Part shown: piece by piece, positions 1 through 14,280 of the stretch
How the letters are laid out: every line of letters begins with the position of its first letter
Position numbering within the stretch: position 1 is the first letter of the stretch
Origin: Nemertoderma westbladi
Lineage: Eukaryota; Animalia; Xenacoelomorpha
Length of the DNA stretch: 64,000 bases
Direction: 5' to 3'
Assembly: GCA_032718475.1 (NCBI GenBank)
Contig: JAUCBJ010006608.1
Coordinates: 12,082 to 76,081 of the forward strand
Notes under the pieces: model-generated
What the model was told of the DNA's origin: nothing
The model's database searches: none
Seen by the model: the letters and a program-made list of their open reading frames with translations, nothing else
Translations under genes and position numbers: made by a program

Positions 1-78
1 GGCTGGTATCCAATGAACCTTTTTATTAGGAGAGTTTGTGTTGGTCTATCAGTCCGTTACTTTATTTCATAAAATAGA

Positions 79-99
79 CCAATTATTTATTCATATAAA
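79..99 (+). promoter_or_regulatory. Candidate Pol II core promoter (CCAAT at 79-83, TATAAA at 94-99) upstream of the signal-peptide exon
   Basis: GACCAAT followed by CATATAAAC about 180 bp upstream of ATG 278; the same arrangement is conserved in the paralogous copy at ~19420-19445. Confidence 0.4.
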
Positions 100-277
100 C
101 TGATCCCTTTATTAACATTGAGCTACTTTGCTTCCACTAAGCTTACAGCAGACAGTATCTAATGTATTTGTAGGTCTGTACTCCTTGAGTTATATAGGGT
201 ATGTTTGTGTCATTAAAGTCATTCCCAGAAGATTGTATTTTAGTTTGTGTAAAAAAATTATTTATCACAACTCTACA

Positions 278-382
278 ATGTCAAAGGCAACTCTCCTACT
301 CTTAGCTATGGCAGCTTATTTAGCTGTGGAGTGCAATGGAGACAACAACAAGGACTCCAACAAATTAGTTGAAAGAGACAAT
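278..382 (+). CDS. Putative first coding exon of a small secreted prepropeptide (signal peptide plus acidic/Asn-rich propiece)
   Basis: ATG 278 reads MSKATLLLLAMAAYLAVECNG-DNNKDSNKLVERDN and is followed directly by a consensus GTAAGT donor at 383 (phase 0); the paralog at 19635 keeps frame through a 3-nt indel. Confidence 0.6.
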
Positions 383-473
383 GTAAGTTTGTTCTTAAAG
401 CAGATTTGTCATATGTTTAGCTTTACAACAATGTTTGTAAAACCACTCTCCTGGCCTCCCTCTATTTACCCCC

Positions 474-3400
474 TATTTGTCTCAGCCTACAACCCAGCCC
501 TCTCTATATAAAGAAGAATGTGTGAAGGAGATTGTTACTAGATCTTGTCCCCACGATTAATTAATGAAGTACGTATTTGTCTCAGCATACAACCCAGCCC
601 TCTCTATATAAAGAAGAATGTGTGAAGGAGATTGTTACTATATCTTGTCCCCACGATTAATTAATGAAGTACGTATTTGTCTCAGCATACAACCCAGCCC
701 TCTCTATATAAAGAAGAATGTGTAGGAGATTGTTACTATATCTTGTCCCCACGATTAATTAATGCAGTACGTATTTGTCTCAGCATACAACCCAGCCCTC
801 TCTATATAAAGAAGAATGTGTGAAGGAGATTGTTACTATATCTTGTCCCCACGATTAATTAATGAAGTACGTATTTGTCTCAGCATACAACCCAACCCTC
901 TCTATATAAAGAAGAATGTATGAAGGAGATTGTTACTATATCTTGTCCCCTCGATTAATTAATGAAGTACTTATTTGTCTCAGCATACAACCCAACCCTC
1001 TCTATATAAAGAAGAATGTGTGAAGGAGATTGTTACTATATCTTGTCCCCTCGATTAATTAATGAAGTACTTATTTGTCTCAGCATACAACCCAACCCTC
1101 TCTATATAAAGAAGAACGTGTGAAGGAGATTGTTACTATATCTTGTCCCCTCGATTAATTAATGAAGTACTTATTTGTCTCAGCATACAACCCAACCCTC
1201 TCTATATAAAGAAGAACGTGTGAAGGAGATTGTTACTATATCTTGTCCCCTCGATTAATTAATGAAGTACTTATTTGTCTCAGCATACAACCCAACCCTC
1301 TCTATATAAAGAAGAACGTGTGAAGGAGATTGTTACTATATCTTGTCCCCACGATTAATTAATGAAGTACTTATTTGTCTCAGCATACAACCCAGCCCTC
1401 TATATATAAAGAAGAATGTGTGAAGGAGATTGTTACTATATCTTGTCCCCTCGATTAATTAATGAAGTACTTATTTGTCTCAGCATACAACCCAACCCTC
1501 TCTATATAAAGAAGAATGTGTGAAGGAGATTGTTACTATATCTTGTCCCCTCGATTAATTAATGAAGTACGTATTTGTCTCAGCATACAACCCAACCCTC
1601 TCTATATAAAGAAGAATGTGTGAAGGAGATTGTTACTAGATCTTGTCCCCTCGATTAATTAATGAAGTACTTATTTGTCTCAGCATACAACCCAGCCCTC
1701 TATATATAAAGAAGAATGTGTGAAGGAGATTGTTACTAGATCTTGTCCCCACGATTTATTAATTAATGCAGTACTTATTTGTCTCAGCATACAACCCAAC
1801 CCTCTCTATATAAAGAAGAATGTGTGAAGGAGATTGTTACTATATCTTGTCCCCTCGATTAATTAATGAAGTACTTATTTGTCTCAGCATACAACCCAAC
1901 CCTCTCTATATAAAGAAGAATGTGTGAAGGAGATTGTTACTATATCTTGTCCCCTCGATTAATTAATGAAGTACTTATTTGTCTCAGCATACAACCCAGC
2001 CCTCTATATATAAAGAAGAATGTGTGAAGGAGATTGTTACTATATCTTGTCCCCTCGATTAATTAATGAAGTACTTATTTGTCTCAGCATACAACCCAGC
2101 CCTCTATATATAAAGAAGAATGTGTGAAGGAGATTGTTACTAGATCTTGTCCCCACGATTTATTAATTAATGCAGTACGTATTTGTCTCAGCATACAACC
2201 CAGCTCTCTCTATATAAAGAAGAATGTGTGAAGGAGATTGTTACTATATCTTGTCCCCTCGATTAATTAATGAAGTACGTATTTGTCTCAGCATACAACC
2301 CAGCCCTCTATATATAAAGAAGAATGTGTGAAGGAGATTGTTACTAGATCTTGTCCCCTCGATTAATTAATGAAGTACTTATTTGTCTCAGCATACAACC
2401 CAGCCCTCTATATATAAAGAAGAATGTGTGAAGGAGATTGTTACTATATTATCTTGTCCCCTCGATTAATTAATGCAGTACGTATTTGTCTCAGCATACA
2501 ACCCAGCCCTCTATATATAAAGAAGAATGTGTGAAGGAGATTGTTACTAGATCTTGTCCCCTCGATTAATTAATGAAGTACGTATTTGTCTCAGCATACA
2601 ACCCAGCCCTCTCTATATAAAGAAGAATGTGTGAAGGAGATTGTTACTATATCTTGTCCCCTCGATTAATTAATGAAGTACGTATTTGTCTCAGCATACA
2701 ACCCAGCCCTCTCTATATAAAGAAGAATGTGTGAAGGAGATTGTTACTATATCTTGTCCCCTCGATTAATTAATGAAGTACGTATTTGTCTCAGCATACA
2801 ACCCAACCCTCTCTATATAAAGAAGAATGTGTGAAGGAGATTGTTACTATATCTTGTCCCCTCGATTAATTAATGAAGTACGTATTTGTCTCAGCATACA
2901 ACCCAACCCTCTCTATATAAAGAAGAATGTGTGAAGGAGATTGTTACTATATCTTGTCCCTACGATTAATTAATGAAGTACGTATTTGTCTCAGCATACA
3001 ACCCAACCCTCTCTATATAAAGAAGAATGTGTGAAGGAGATTGTTACTATATCTTGTCCCTACCATTAATTAATGAAGTACGTATTTGTCTCAGCATACA
3101 ACCCAGCCCTCTCTATATAAAGAAGAATGTGTGAAGGAGATTGTTACTATATCTTGTCCCCTCGATTAATTAATGAAGTACGTATTTGTCTCAGCATACA
3201 ACCCAACCCTCTCTATATAAAGAAGAATGTGTGAAGGAGATTGTTACTATATCTTGTCCCTACGATTAATTAATGAAGTACGTATTTGTCTCAGCATACA
3301 ACCCAACCCTCTCTATATAAAGAAGAATGTGTGAAGGAGATTGTTACTATATCTTGTCCCTACGATTAATTAATGAAGTACGTATTTGTCTCAGCATACA

Positions 3401-6400
3401 ACCCAACCCTCTCTATATAAAGAAGAATGTGGGAAGGAGATTGTTACTAGATCTTGTCCCCACGATTTATTAATTAATGCAGTACTTATTTGTCTCAGCA
3501 TACAACCCAACCCTCTATATATAAAGAAGAATGTGTGAAGGAGATTGTTACTAGATCTTGTCCCCACGATTAATTAATTAATGCAGTACTTATTTGTCTC
3601 AGCATACAACCCAACCCTCTATATATAAAGAAGAATGTGTGAAGGAGATTGTTACTAGATCTTGTCCCCACGATTAATTAATGAAGTACGTATTTGTCTC
3701 AGCATACAACCCAACTCTCTCTATATAAAGAAGAATGTGGGAAGGAGATTGTTACTAGATCTTGTCCCCACGATTAATTAATGAAGTACGTATTTGTTTC
3801 AGCATACAACCCAACTCTCTCTATATAAAGAAGAATGTGGGAAGGAGATTGTTACTAGATCTTGTCCCCACGATTAATTAATGAAGTACTTATTTGTCTC
3901 AGCATACAACCCAGCCCTCTCTATATAAAGAAGAATGTGTGAAGGAGATTGTTACTAGATCTTGTCCCCACGATTAATTAATGAAGTACGTATTTGTCTC
4001 AGCATACAACCCAGCCCTCTCTATATAAAGAAGAATGTGTGAAGGAGATTGTTACTAGATCTTGTCCCCACGATTAATTAATGAAGTAAGTATTTGTCTC
4101 AGCATACAACCCAGCCCTCTCTATATAAAGAAGAATGTGTGAAGGAGATTGTTACTAGATCTTGTCCCCACGATTAATTAATGAAGTACGTATTTGTCTC
4201 AGCATACAACCCAACCCTCTCTATATAAAGAAGAATGTGTGAAGGAGATTGTTACTAGATCTTGTCCCCACGATTAATTAATGAAGTACGTATTTGTCTC
4301 AGCATACAACCCAGCCCTCTATATATAAAGAAGAATGTGTGAAGGAGATTGTTACTAGATCTTGTCCCCACGATTAATTATTGAAGTACGTATTTGTCTC
4401 AGCATACAACCCAGCCCTCTCTATATAAAGAAGAATGTGTGAAGGAGATTGTTACTAGATCTTGTCCCCACGATTAATTAATGCAGTACGTATTTGTCTC
4501 AGCATACAACCCAGCCCTCTCTATATAAAGAAGAATGTGTGAAGGAGATCGTTACTAGATCTTGTCCCCACGATTAATTAATGCAGTACGTATTTGTCTC
4601 AGCATATACAACCCAGCCCTCTCTATATAAAGAAGAATGTGTGAAGGAGATTGTTACTAGATCTTGTCCCCACGATTAATTAATGCAGTACGTATTTGTC
4701 TCAGCATACAACCCAGCCCTCTCTATATAAAGAAGAATGTGTGAAGGAGATTGTTACTAGATCTTGTCCCCACGATTAATTAATGCAGTACGTATTTGTC
4801 TCAGCATACAACCCAGCCCTCTCTATATAAAGAAGAATGTGTGAAGGAGATTGTTACTAGATCTTGTCCCCACGATTAATTAATGCAGTACGTATTTGTC
4901 TCAGCATACAACCCAGCCCTCTCTATATAAAGAAGAATGTGTGAAGGAGATTGTTACTAGATCTTGTCCCCACGATTAATTAATGCAGTACGTATTTGTC
5001 TCAGCATACAACCCAACCCTCTCTATATAAAGAAGAATGTGTGAAGGAGATTGTTACTAGATCTTGTCCCCACGATTAATTAATGCAGTACGTATTTGTC
5101 TCAGCATACAACCCAGCCCTCTCTATATAAAGAAGAATGTGTGAAGGAGATTGTTACTAGATCTTGTCCCCTCGATTAATTAATGAAGTACTTATTTGTC
5201 TCAGCATACAACCCAGCCCTCTATATATAAAGAAGAATGTGTGAAGGAGATTGTTACTAGATCTTGTCCCCACGATTTATTAATTAATGCAGTACGTATT
5301 TGTCTCAGCATACAACCCAGCTCTCTCTATATAAAGAAGAATGTGTGAAGGAGATTGTTACTATATCTTGTCCCCTCGATTAATTAATGAAGTACGTATT
5401 TGTCTCAGCATACAACCCAGCCCTCTATATATAAAGAAGAATGTGTGAAGGAGATTGTTACTAGATCTTGTCCCCTCGATTAATTAATGAAGTACTTATT
5501 TGTCTCAGCATACAACCCAACCCTCTCTATATAAAGAAGAATGTGTGAAGGAGATTGTTACTATATCTTGTCCCCTCGATTAATTAATGCAGTACGTATT
5601 TGTCTCAGCATACAACCCAACCCTCTCTATATAAAGAAGAATGTGTGAAGGAGATTGTTACTAGATCTTGTCCCCTCGATTAATTAATGAAGTACTTATT
5701 TGTCTCAGCATACAACCCAGCCCTCTATATATAAAGAAGAATGTGTGAAGGAGATTGTTACTATATTATCTTGTCCCCACGATTAATTAATGCAGTACTT
5801 ATTTGTCTCAGCATACAACCCAACCCTCTCTATATAAAGAAGAATGTGTGAAGGAGATTGTTACTAGATCTTGTCCCCACGATTAATTAATGCAGTACGT
5901 ATTTGTCTCAGCATACAACCCAGCCCTCTCTATACAAAGAAGAATGTGTGAAGGAGATTGTTACTATATCTTGTCCCCTCGATTAATTAATGAAGTACGT
6001 ATTTGTCTCAGCATACAACCCAGCCCTCTCTATATAAAGAAGAATGTGTGAAGGAGATTGTTACTAGATCTTGTCCCCACGATTAATTAATGCAGTACGT
6101 ATTTGTCTCAGCATACAACCCAGCCCTCTCTATATAAAGAAGAATGTGTGAAGGAGATTGTTACTATATCTTGTCCCCTCGATTAATTAATGAAGTACGT
6201 ATTTGTCTCAGCATACAACCCAACCCTCTCTATATAAAGAAGAATGTGTGAAGGAGATTGTTACTATATCTTGTCCCTACGATTAATTAATGAAGTACGT
6301 ATTTGTCTCAGCATACAACCCAACCCTCTCTATATAAAGAAGAATGTGTGAAGGAGATTGTTACTATATCTTGTCCCTACGATTAATTAATGAAGTACGT

Positions 6401-9400
6401 ATTTGTCTCAGCATACAACCCAACCCTCTCTATATAAAGAAGAATGTGGGAAGGAGATTGTTACTAGATCTTGTCCCCACGATTTATTAATTAATGCAGT
6501 ACTTATTTGTCTCAGCATACAACCCAACCCTCTATATATAAAGAAGAATGTGTGAAGGAGATTGTTACTAGATCTTGTCCCCACGATTAATTAATTAATG
6601 CAGTACTTATTTGTCTCAGCATACAACCCAACCCTCTATATATAAAGAAGAATGTGTGAAGGAGATTGTTACTAGATCTTGTCCCCACGATTAATTAATT
6701 AATGCAGTACTTATTTGTCTCAGCATACAACCCAACCCTCTATATATAAAGAAGAATGTGTGAAGGAGATTGTTACTAGATCTTGTCCCCACGATTAATT
6801 AATGCAGTACGTATTTGTCTCAGCATACAACCCAACCCTCTCTATATAAAGAAGAATGTGGGAAGGAGATTGTTACTAGATCTTGTCCCCACGATTTATT
6901 AATTAATGCAGTACTTATTTGTCTCAGCATACAACCCAACCCTCTATATATAAAGAAGAATGTGTGAAGGAGATTGTTACTAGATCTTGTCCCCACGATT
7001 AATTAATTAATGCAGTACTTATTTGTCTCAGCATACAACCCAACCCTCTATATATAAAGAAGAATGTGTGAAGGAGATTGTTACTAGATCTTGTCCCCAC
7101 GATTAATTAATGAAGTACGTATTTGTCTCAGCATACAACCCAACTCTCTCTATATAAAGAAGAATGTGGGAAGGAGATTGTTACTAGATCTTGTCCCCAC
7201 GATTAATTAATGAAGTACGTATTTGTTTCAGCATACAACCCAACTCTCTCTATATAAAGAAGAATGTGGGAAGGAGATTGTTACTAGATCTTGTCCCCAC
7301 GATTAATTAATGAAGTACTTATTTGTCTCAGCATACAACCCAGCCCTCTCTATATAAAGAAGAATGTGTGAAGGAGATTGTTACTAGATCTTGTCCCCAC
7401 GATTAATTAATGAAGTACGTATTTGTCTCAGCATACAACCCAGCCCTCTCTATATAAAGAAGAATGTGTGAAGGAGATTGTTACTAGATCTTGTCCCCAC
7501 GATTAATTAATGAAGTAAGTATTTGTCTCAGCATACAACCCAGCCCTCTCTATATAAAGAAGAATGTGTGAAGGAGATTGTTACTAGATCTTGTCCCCAC
7601 GATTAATTAATGAAGTACGTATTTGTCTCAGCATACAACCCAACCCTCTCTATATAAAGAAGAATGTGTGAAGGAGATTGTTACTAGATCTTGTCCCCAC
7701 GATTAATTAATGAAGTACGTATTTGTCTCAGCATACAACCCAGCCCTCTATATATAAAGAAGAATGTGTGAAGGAGATTGTTACTAGATCTTGTCCCCAC
7801 GATTAATTATTGAAGTACGTATTTGTCTCAGCATACAACCCAGCCCTCTCTATATAAACAAGAATGTGTGAAGGAGATTGTTACTAGATCTTGTCCCCAC
7901 GATTAATTAATGCAGTACGTATTTGTCTCAGCATACAACCCAGCCCTCTCTATATAAAGAAGAATGTGTGAAGGAGATCGTTACTAGATCTTGTCCCCAC
8001 GATTAATTAATGCAGTACGTATTTGTCTCAGCATATACAACCCAGCCCTCTCTATATAAAGAAGAATGTGTGAAGGAGATTGTTACTAGATCTTGTCCCC
8101 ACGATTAATTAATGCAGTACGTATTTGTCTCAGCATACAACCCAGCCCTCTCTATATAAAGAAGAATGTGTGAAGGAGATTGTTACTAGATCTTGTCCCC
8201 ACGATTAATTAATGCAGTACGTATTTGTCTCAGCATACAACCCAGCCCTCTCTATATAAAGAAGAATGTGTGAAGGAGATTGTTACTAGATCTTGTCCCC
8301 ACGATTAATTAATGCAGTACGTATTTGTCTCAGCATACAACCCAGCCCTCTCTATATAAAGAAGAATGTGTGAAGGAGATTGTTACTAGATCTTGTCCCC
8401 ACGATTAATTAATGCAGTACGTATTTGTCTCAGCATACAACCCAACCCTCTCTATATAAAGAAGAATGTGTGAAGGAGATTGTTACTAGATCTTGTCCCC
8501 ACGATTAATTAATGCAGTACGTATTTGTCTCAGCATACAACCCAGCCCTCTCTATATAAAGAAGAATGTGTGAAGGAGATTGTTACTAGATCTTGTCCCC
8601 ACGATTAATTAATGCAGTACGTATTTGTCTCAGCATACAACCCAACCCTCTCTATATAAAGAAGAATGTGTGAAGGAGATTGTTACTAGATCTTGTCCCC
8701 ACGATTAATTAATGAAGTACGTATTTGTCTCAGCATACAACCCAGCCCTCTATATATAAAGAAGAATGTGTGAAGGAGATTGTTACTATATCTTGTCCCC
8801 ACGATTAATTAATGAAGTACGTATTTGTCTCAGCATACAACCCAGCCCTCTCTATATAAAGAAGAATGTGTGAAGGAGATTGTTACTAGATCTTGTCCCC
8901 ACGATTAATTAATGCAGTACGTATTTGTCTCAGCATACAACCCAGCCCTCTCTATATAAAGAAGAATGTGTGAAGGAGATTGTTACTATATTATCTTGTC
9001 CCCACACTTAATTAATGAAGTACGTATTTGTCTCAGCATACAACCCAGCCCTCTATATTTAAAGAAGAATGTGTGAAGGAGATTGTTACTATATCTTGTC
9101 CCCACGATTAATTAATGCAGTACGTATTTGTCTCAGCATACAACCCAGCCCTCTCTATATAAAGAAGAATGTGTGAAGGAGATTGTTACTATATTATCTT
9201 GTCCCCACAATTAATTAATGAAGTACGTATTTGTCTCAGCATACAACCCAGCCCTCTATATTTAAAGAAGAATGTGTGAAGGAGATTGTTACTATATCTT
9301 GTCCCCACGATTAATTAATGAAGTACGTATTCGTCTCAGCATACAACCCAGCCCTCTCTATATAAAGAAGAATGTGTGAAGGAGATTGTTACTAGATCTT

Positions 9401-11618
9401 GTCCCCACGATTAATTAATGCAGTACGTATTTGTCTCAGCATACAACCCAGCCCTCTCTATATAAAGAAGAATGTGTGAAGGAGATTGTTACTAGATCTT
9501 GTCCCCACGATTAATTAATGCAGTACGTATTTGTCTCAGCATACAACCCAGCCCTCTCTATATAAAGAAGAATGTGTGAAGGAGATTGTTACTATATCTT
9601 GTCCCCACGATTAATTAATGAAGTACGTATTTGTCTCAGCATACAACCCAGCCCTCTATATATAAAGAAGAATGTGTGAAGGAGATTGTTACTAGATCTT
9701 GTCCCCACGATTAATTAATGAAGTACGTATTTGTCTCAGCATACAACCCAGCCTAACTATATAAAGAAGAATGTGTGAAGGAGATTGTTACTAGATCTTG
9801 TCCCCACGATTAATTAATGCAGTACGTATTTGTCTCAGCATACAACCCAGCTCTCTCTATATAAAGAAGAATGTGTGAAGGAGATTGTTACTATATCTTG
9901 TCCCCACGATTAATTAATGAAGTATGTATTTGTCTCAGCATACAACCCAGCCCTCTCTATATAAATAAGAATGTGTGAAGGAGATTGTTACTATATCTTG
10001 TCCCAACGATTAATTAATGAAGTACTTATTTGTCTCAGTATACAACCCAGCCCTCTATATATAAAGAAGAATGTGTGAAGGAGATTGTTGCTATATCTTG
10101 TCCCCACGATTAATTAATGAGGTACTTATTTGTCTCAGCATACAACCCAGCCCTCTCTATATAAAGAAGAATGTGTGAAGGAGATTGTTACTATATCTTG
10201 TCCCCACGATTAATTAATGAAGTACTTTTGTCTCAGCATACAACCCAACCCTCTCTATATAAAGAAGAATGTGTGAAGGAGATTGTTACTAGATCTTGTC
10301 CCCACGATTAATTAATGAAGTACTTATTTGTCTCAGTATACAACCCAACCCTCTCTATATAAAGAAGAATGTGTGAAGGAGATTGTTACTAGATCTTGTC
10401 CCCACGATTAATTAATGAAGTACTTTTGTCTCAGCATACAACCCAACCCTCTCTATATAAAGAAGAATGTGTGAAGGAGATTGTTACTAGATCTTGTCCC
10501 CACGATTAATTAATGAAGTACTTATTTGTCTCAGCATACAACCCAACCCTCTCTATATAAAGAAGAATGTGTGAAGGAGATTGTTACTATATCTTGTCCC
10601 CACGATTAATTAATGAAGTACTTTTGTCTCAGCATACAACCCAGCCCTCTATATATAAAGAAGAATGTGTGAAGGAGATTGTTACTATATCTTGTCCCCA
10701 CGATTAATTAATGAAGTACTTTTGTCTCAGCATACAACCCAACCCTCTCTATATAAAGAAGAATGTGTGAAGGAGATTGTTACTAGATCTTGTCCCCACG
10801 ATTAATTAATGAAGTACTTATTTGTCTCAGCATACAACCCAACCCTCTCTATATAAAGAAGAATGTGTGAAGGAGATTGTTACTATATCTTGTCCCCACG
10901 ATTAATTAATGAAGTACTTTTGTCTCAGCATACAACCCAACCCTCTCTATATAAAGAAGAATGTGTGAAGGAGATTGTTACTAGATCTTGTCCCCACGAT
11001 TAATTAATGAAGTACTTATTTGTCTCAGTATACAACCCAACCCTCTCTATATAAAGAAGAATGTGTGAAGGAGATTGTTACTATATCTTGTCCCTACGAT
11101 TAATTAATGAAGTACGTATTTGTCTCAGCATACAACCCAACCCTCTCTATATAAAGAAGAATGTGTGAAGGAGATTGATACTAAATCTTGTCCCTACGAT
11201 TAATTAATGAAGTACGTATTTGTCTCAGCATACAACCCAACCCTCTCTATATAAAGAAGAATGTGTGAAGGAGATTGATACTAAATCTTGTCCCCACGAT
11301 TAATTAATGAAGTACTTATTTGTCTCAGCATACAACCCAGCCCTCTCTATATAAAGAAGAATGTGTGAAGGAGATTGTTACTATATCTTGTCCCCACGAT
11401 TAATTAATGAAGTACTTATTTGTCTCAGCATACAACCCAGCCCTCTCTATATAAAGAAGAATGTGTGAAGGAGATTGTTACTAGATCTTGTCCCCACGAT
11501 TAATTAATGAAGTACTTATTTGTCTCAGCATACAACCCAGCCCTCTCTATATAAAGAAGAATGTGTGAAGGAGATTGTTACTATATCTTGTCCCCACAAT
11601 TAATTAATGAAGTACGTA
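474..11618. repeat. 100-bp satellite array, about 111 monomers
   Basis: Head-to-tail unit TATTTGTCTCAGCATACAACCCAGCCCTCTCTATATAAAGAAGAATGTGTGAAGGAGATTGTTACTAGATCTTGTCCCCACGATTAATTAATGAAGTACG with a few recurrent SNP/indel variants. Confidence 0.98.
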
Positions 11619-11664
11619 ATTAACATACCGTTGCAGATTATGTAATAGTGATATATTGTTGCAG

Positions 11665-11736
11665 GACAAACAGATGGGAAAACGTGAAAGTATAATATCT
11701 AGTTGTTTTGTAGGGATATTGGTTTGGGGTTGTTGA
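11665..11736 (+). CDS. Putative second coding exon of the prepropeptide (DKQMGKR-ESIISSCFVGILVWGC*)
   Basis: TTGTTGCAG acceptor just after the satellite; phase-0 join to exon 278-382 gives a KR cleavage site and a 16-aa two-Cys peptide; ATTAAA downstream near 11786. Confidence 0.45.
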   Translation, partial: DKQMGKRESIISSCFVGILVWGC

Positions 11737-11929
11737 TGAAACTTTTCTGTTGACATAAGAATTAAGTTTTTGTGTTTGTCGAATAATTAAATTAATAATT
11801 GCTAATACCCTTTATTTAATAGAGATATACTTCACTATAAATCTCTCTCTATATTTCTCTATTTCCCAATTCCCCATACGACTGCTTCTCAGTCGAGCGA
11901 ATTCTATACAGAGCAAAAATCAGAGTGAA

Positions 11930-12030
11930 AAATCAATACCTAATGGGGCTCGAACCCGGTACCTAGGTTTCAAACTTTCGGTTATCTTCAGTGGGGTGTG
12001 TGCGTCCTAAAATAACTGAACGACCAGGAC
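11930..12030 (-). mobile_element. tRNA-related SINE-like head
   Basis: Minus strand has an A-box-like TGGTCGTTCAGTT and a B-box GGTTCGAGCCC; the spacing is too long and there is no clean cloverleaf for a true tRNA. Confidence 0.4.
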
Positions 12031-13266
12031 GGATGAAGAATTAGCTATGGAGTGGGATATCATACTTAGTCCAAACCACTCAAAGGAAAGTGCAACGTTT
12101 CCGATTTCCGATTCACTTCTATAGGAGTTAGGATTTAATTGGAAATTAAATTTAGCCCAAATTCCAGACTTGGAGGCACTTAGGATTTGACTTGGATTTC
12201 ATTAGGAATTTACTTGGAAATCGGCGCTTACTTTGATGTCTGGAAGGTGGACTGACTCAGACTATGCTTGTGCTTATAATTACATCTAAAATTACATTAC
12301 TACCGATATAATTACATTTCATCACCTGTTATAATTTGGCCGCACTAGCTCTGTAGAGCTATGGCCTAGTCTAACTTGTGCTATGGTTTGCGCTTACGTT
12401 AGAAAATGTAAATTAACGTCGTTAATTAACGATTAAATTAAATTAACGAAATTAAAAAAAAAATTAAATTAACAAATAATCACACACTGTATTTATTACT
12501 ATTGAACATATTTTGAGTAATAAAGAGTAACACACAATGTTTGTGAAACACACAAGTTCCGTATTTAAACATAACACCCACAAAGCACATTACACTCTCC
12601 AAGCAGATTCCGCAACATGTCACAATCCGTATCGCTACTACTACGAAAAATAAATGAAATAACATCCTACAGGAATTAACAGACCCTTATGAGTTTAGTG
12701 GTTTGTAACAAACTTAACCTCTTGGCATATTGATATTAATATTAATTATAAACTATATTTATTATACCAAGGAAATGGTAAAATTGCCAGATCTATAAAG
12801 TTCGCAAAATAATTTAAATAAAATTATTAAAAGTTTGACGTCCGAATAAAATCAGATTACGCCTTAGCAGCCCAACTACTTGTTGAGGCTCACTCAACGT
12901 GTTGGTGGGCCTATTTTACACAAGCGGCGATACCTTTACTGTATGGTAGTTAATGTGTCCAGATGTTGAGTTAAAGCCAGTAGTGTGTTCTTTGCATATT
13001 TAACATTAGCCTATGGGGAGTATTGTTGTTGTAAGATAAGTCAGGGGAAGGGAAATACAACTCAACCACTAGACAAAGCGGCTCTCTTTACTACTTTCAG
13101 CTAACCCGGGGGGTTGATTGACACTGCTAAGCTTTGATTTAGCCACTCTAGGTAGACTTACATTAGGCAAATTCCAAGTGATTTTCTAAAGGTTATTTAT
13201 TTCCTATTAGGTTCCTATTAGGATCCTATTAGGATCCAATAGGACGTTATTTGAAAGCGTTACTGT

Positions 13267-13554
13267 AGGAAAAAATGGCACGTCGAAATCAGAAACCTTG
13301 ATATTGGTGACATTGTTTTAGTCCAACCAAAGGGGTCGACAATTAGAGGTGATAATCGAATGGCTGTGGTAGATAAGGTATATTCGGATGCAAAGGGAAA
13401 TGTCCGTAAAGTGGATGTCCGCTACAAAAACGTTAAAAATCTACCGGCCAGGGTCAAGAGGGTGAAGAACTTTACGAGGGTTACGCGTGATGTGCGTTCA
13501 TTAGTTCTACTCCTGCCGAAAACTGAAAGTAATACCAAAGGAGATAATGGCTGA
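13267..13554 (+). pseudogene. BEL/Pao retrotransposon polyprotein C-terminus (DUF5641-like domain downstream of integrase)
   Basis: Reads RKKWHVEIRNLDIGDIVLVQ...MAVVDKVYSDAKGNVRKVDVRYK...RDVRSLVLLLP, the typical KW...NL.VGD.VLV...V..V....DG.VR.V pattern. Confidence 0.8.
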
Positions 13555-13727
13555 GAGAATTGAAAGTAGAAACTGAAAGAAGTTGGATCTTGGTGATTGG
13601 GTATTGGGCTACCTACATATATAGAAATTTATTACATCGTGCTAGAAGTTTGTGCTTTTTATTGTTGTGTTTTTTTGGATTGAAATTTTTTATTACTTGT
13701 TATTACTCACTAGACTCGGGTGGGAGG

Positions 13728-14280
13728 TGTTTCGAAAGTTACTACTGTACTTAAAAAAGTATAACCCCGTTTAAGTTATTTTGAGAGACAGATATACTGG
13801 TTACCGCAGTACCGGTACGAGTCTAGTTAATTTATTATTGTATTATTTTTGTTGCATTTGAATGTAGGCCTACCTTTTCAGTGTATAGCTGTATTGCGTT
13901 TGGAGGTGGACAGATGGGCCTACCACTGTACGGCAGTAAGGCTTCTACCGGCTGTGCGGTTAATATTGTTTATACTTATGTCTTTGAGGAGTGGAGACGG
14001 AACTGGTTCGAATCTATCTACTGTCAGACTGATGTATTCGAATTCAACCAACCGTATAGTTTTTGAACCAACCCTGTATTTGGTATTGATTGAAGCTTAC
14101 TATTTACTGATTTATATATATTTGTATGTACGTGTTTCGATGGACTCCGTATGCCGTATTTATTATTAATATAAAAGCAACAAGCTGACAAGAGCTTTTA
14201 CTGCAATGGCAGTTCTGGGTGTAGATCTTTTTTCATTATATTATTTCATCGATGGTGGCACGGTGAAACAATCTTCAACA
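13728..14280 (+). mobile_element. Probable 3' LTR of the BEL/Pao fragment
   Basis: Purine-rich tract GGGTGGGAGG (13718-13727) directly before TGTT; segment ends ...TTCAACA at 14280 (TG..CA). The right boundary is inferred. Confidence 0.55.

Noticed and set aside
128-511. 127-aa ORF (and its 111-aa paralog at 19536) as a full protein
   Set aside because: Non-ATG start and read-through of a consensus splice donor; only 278-382 looks coding
474-11618. CRISPR-like array
   Set aside because: Monomers are contiguous and near-identical, with no unique spacers and no cas genes; eukaryotic context
13200-13245. CCTATTAGG palindromic micro-repeats
   Set aside because: Four short units at a truncation junction; most likely repair filler
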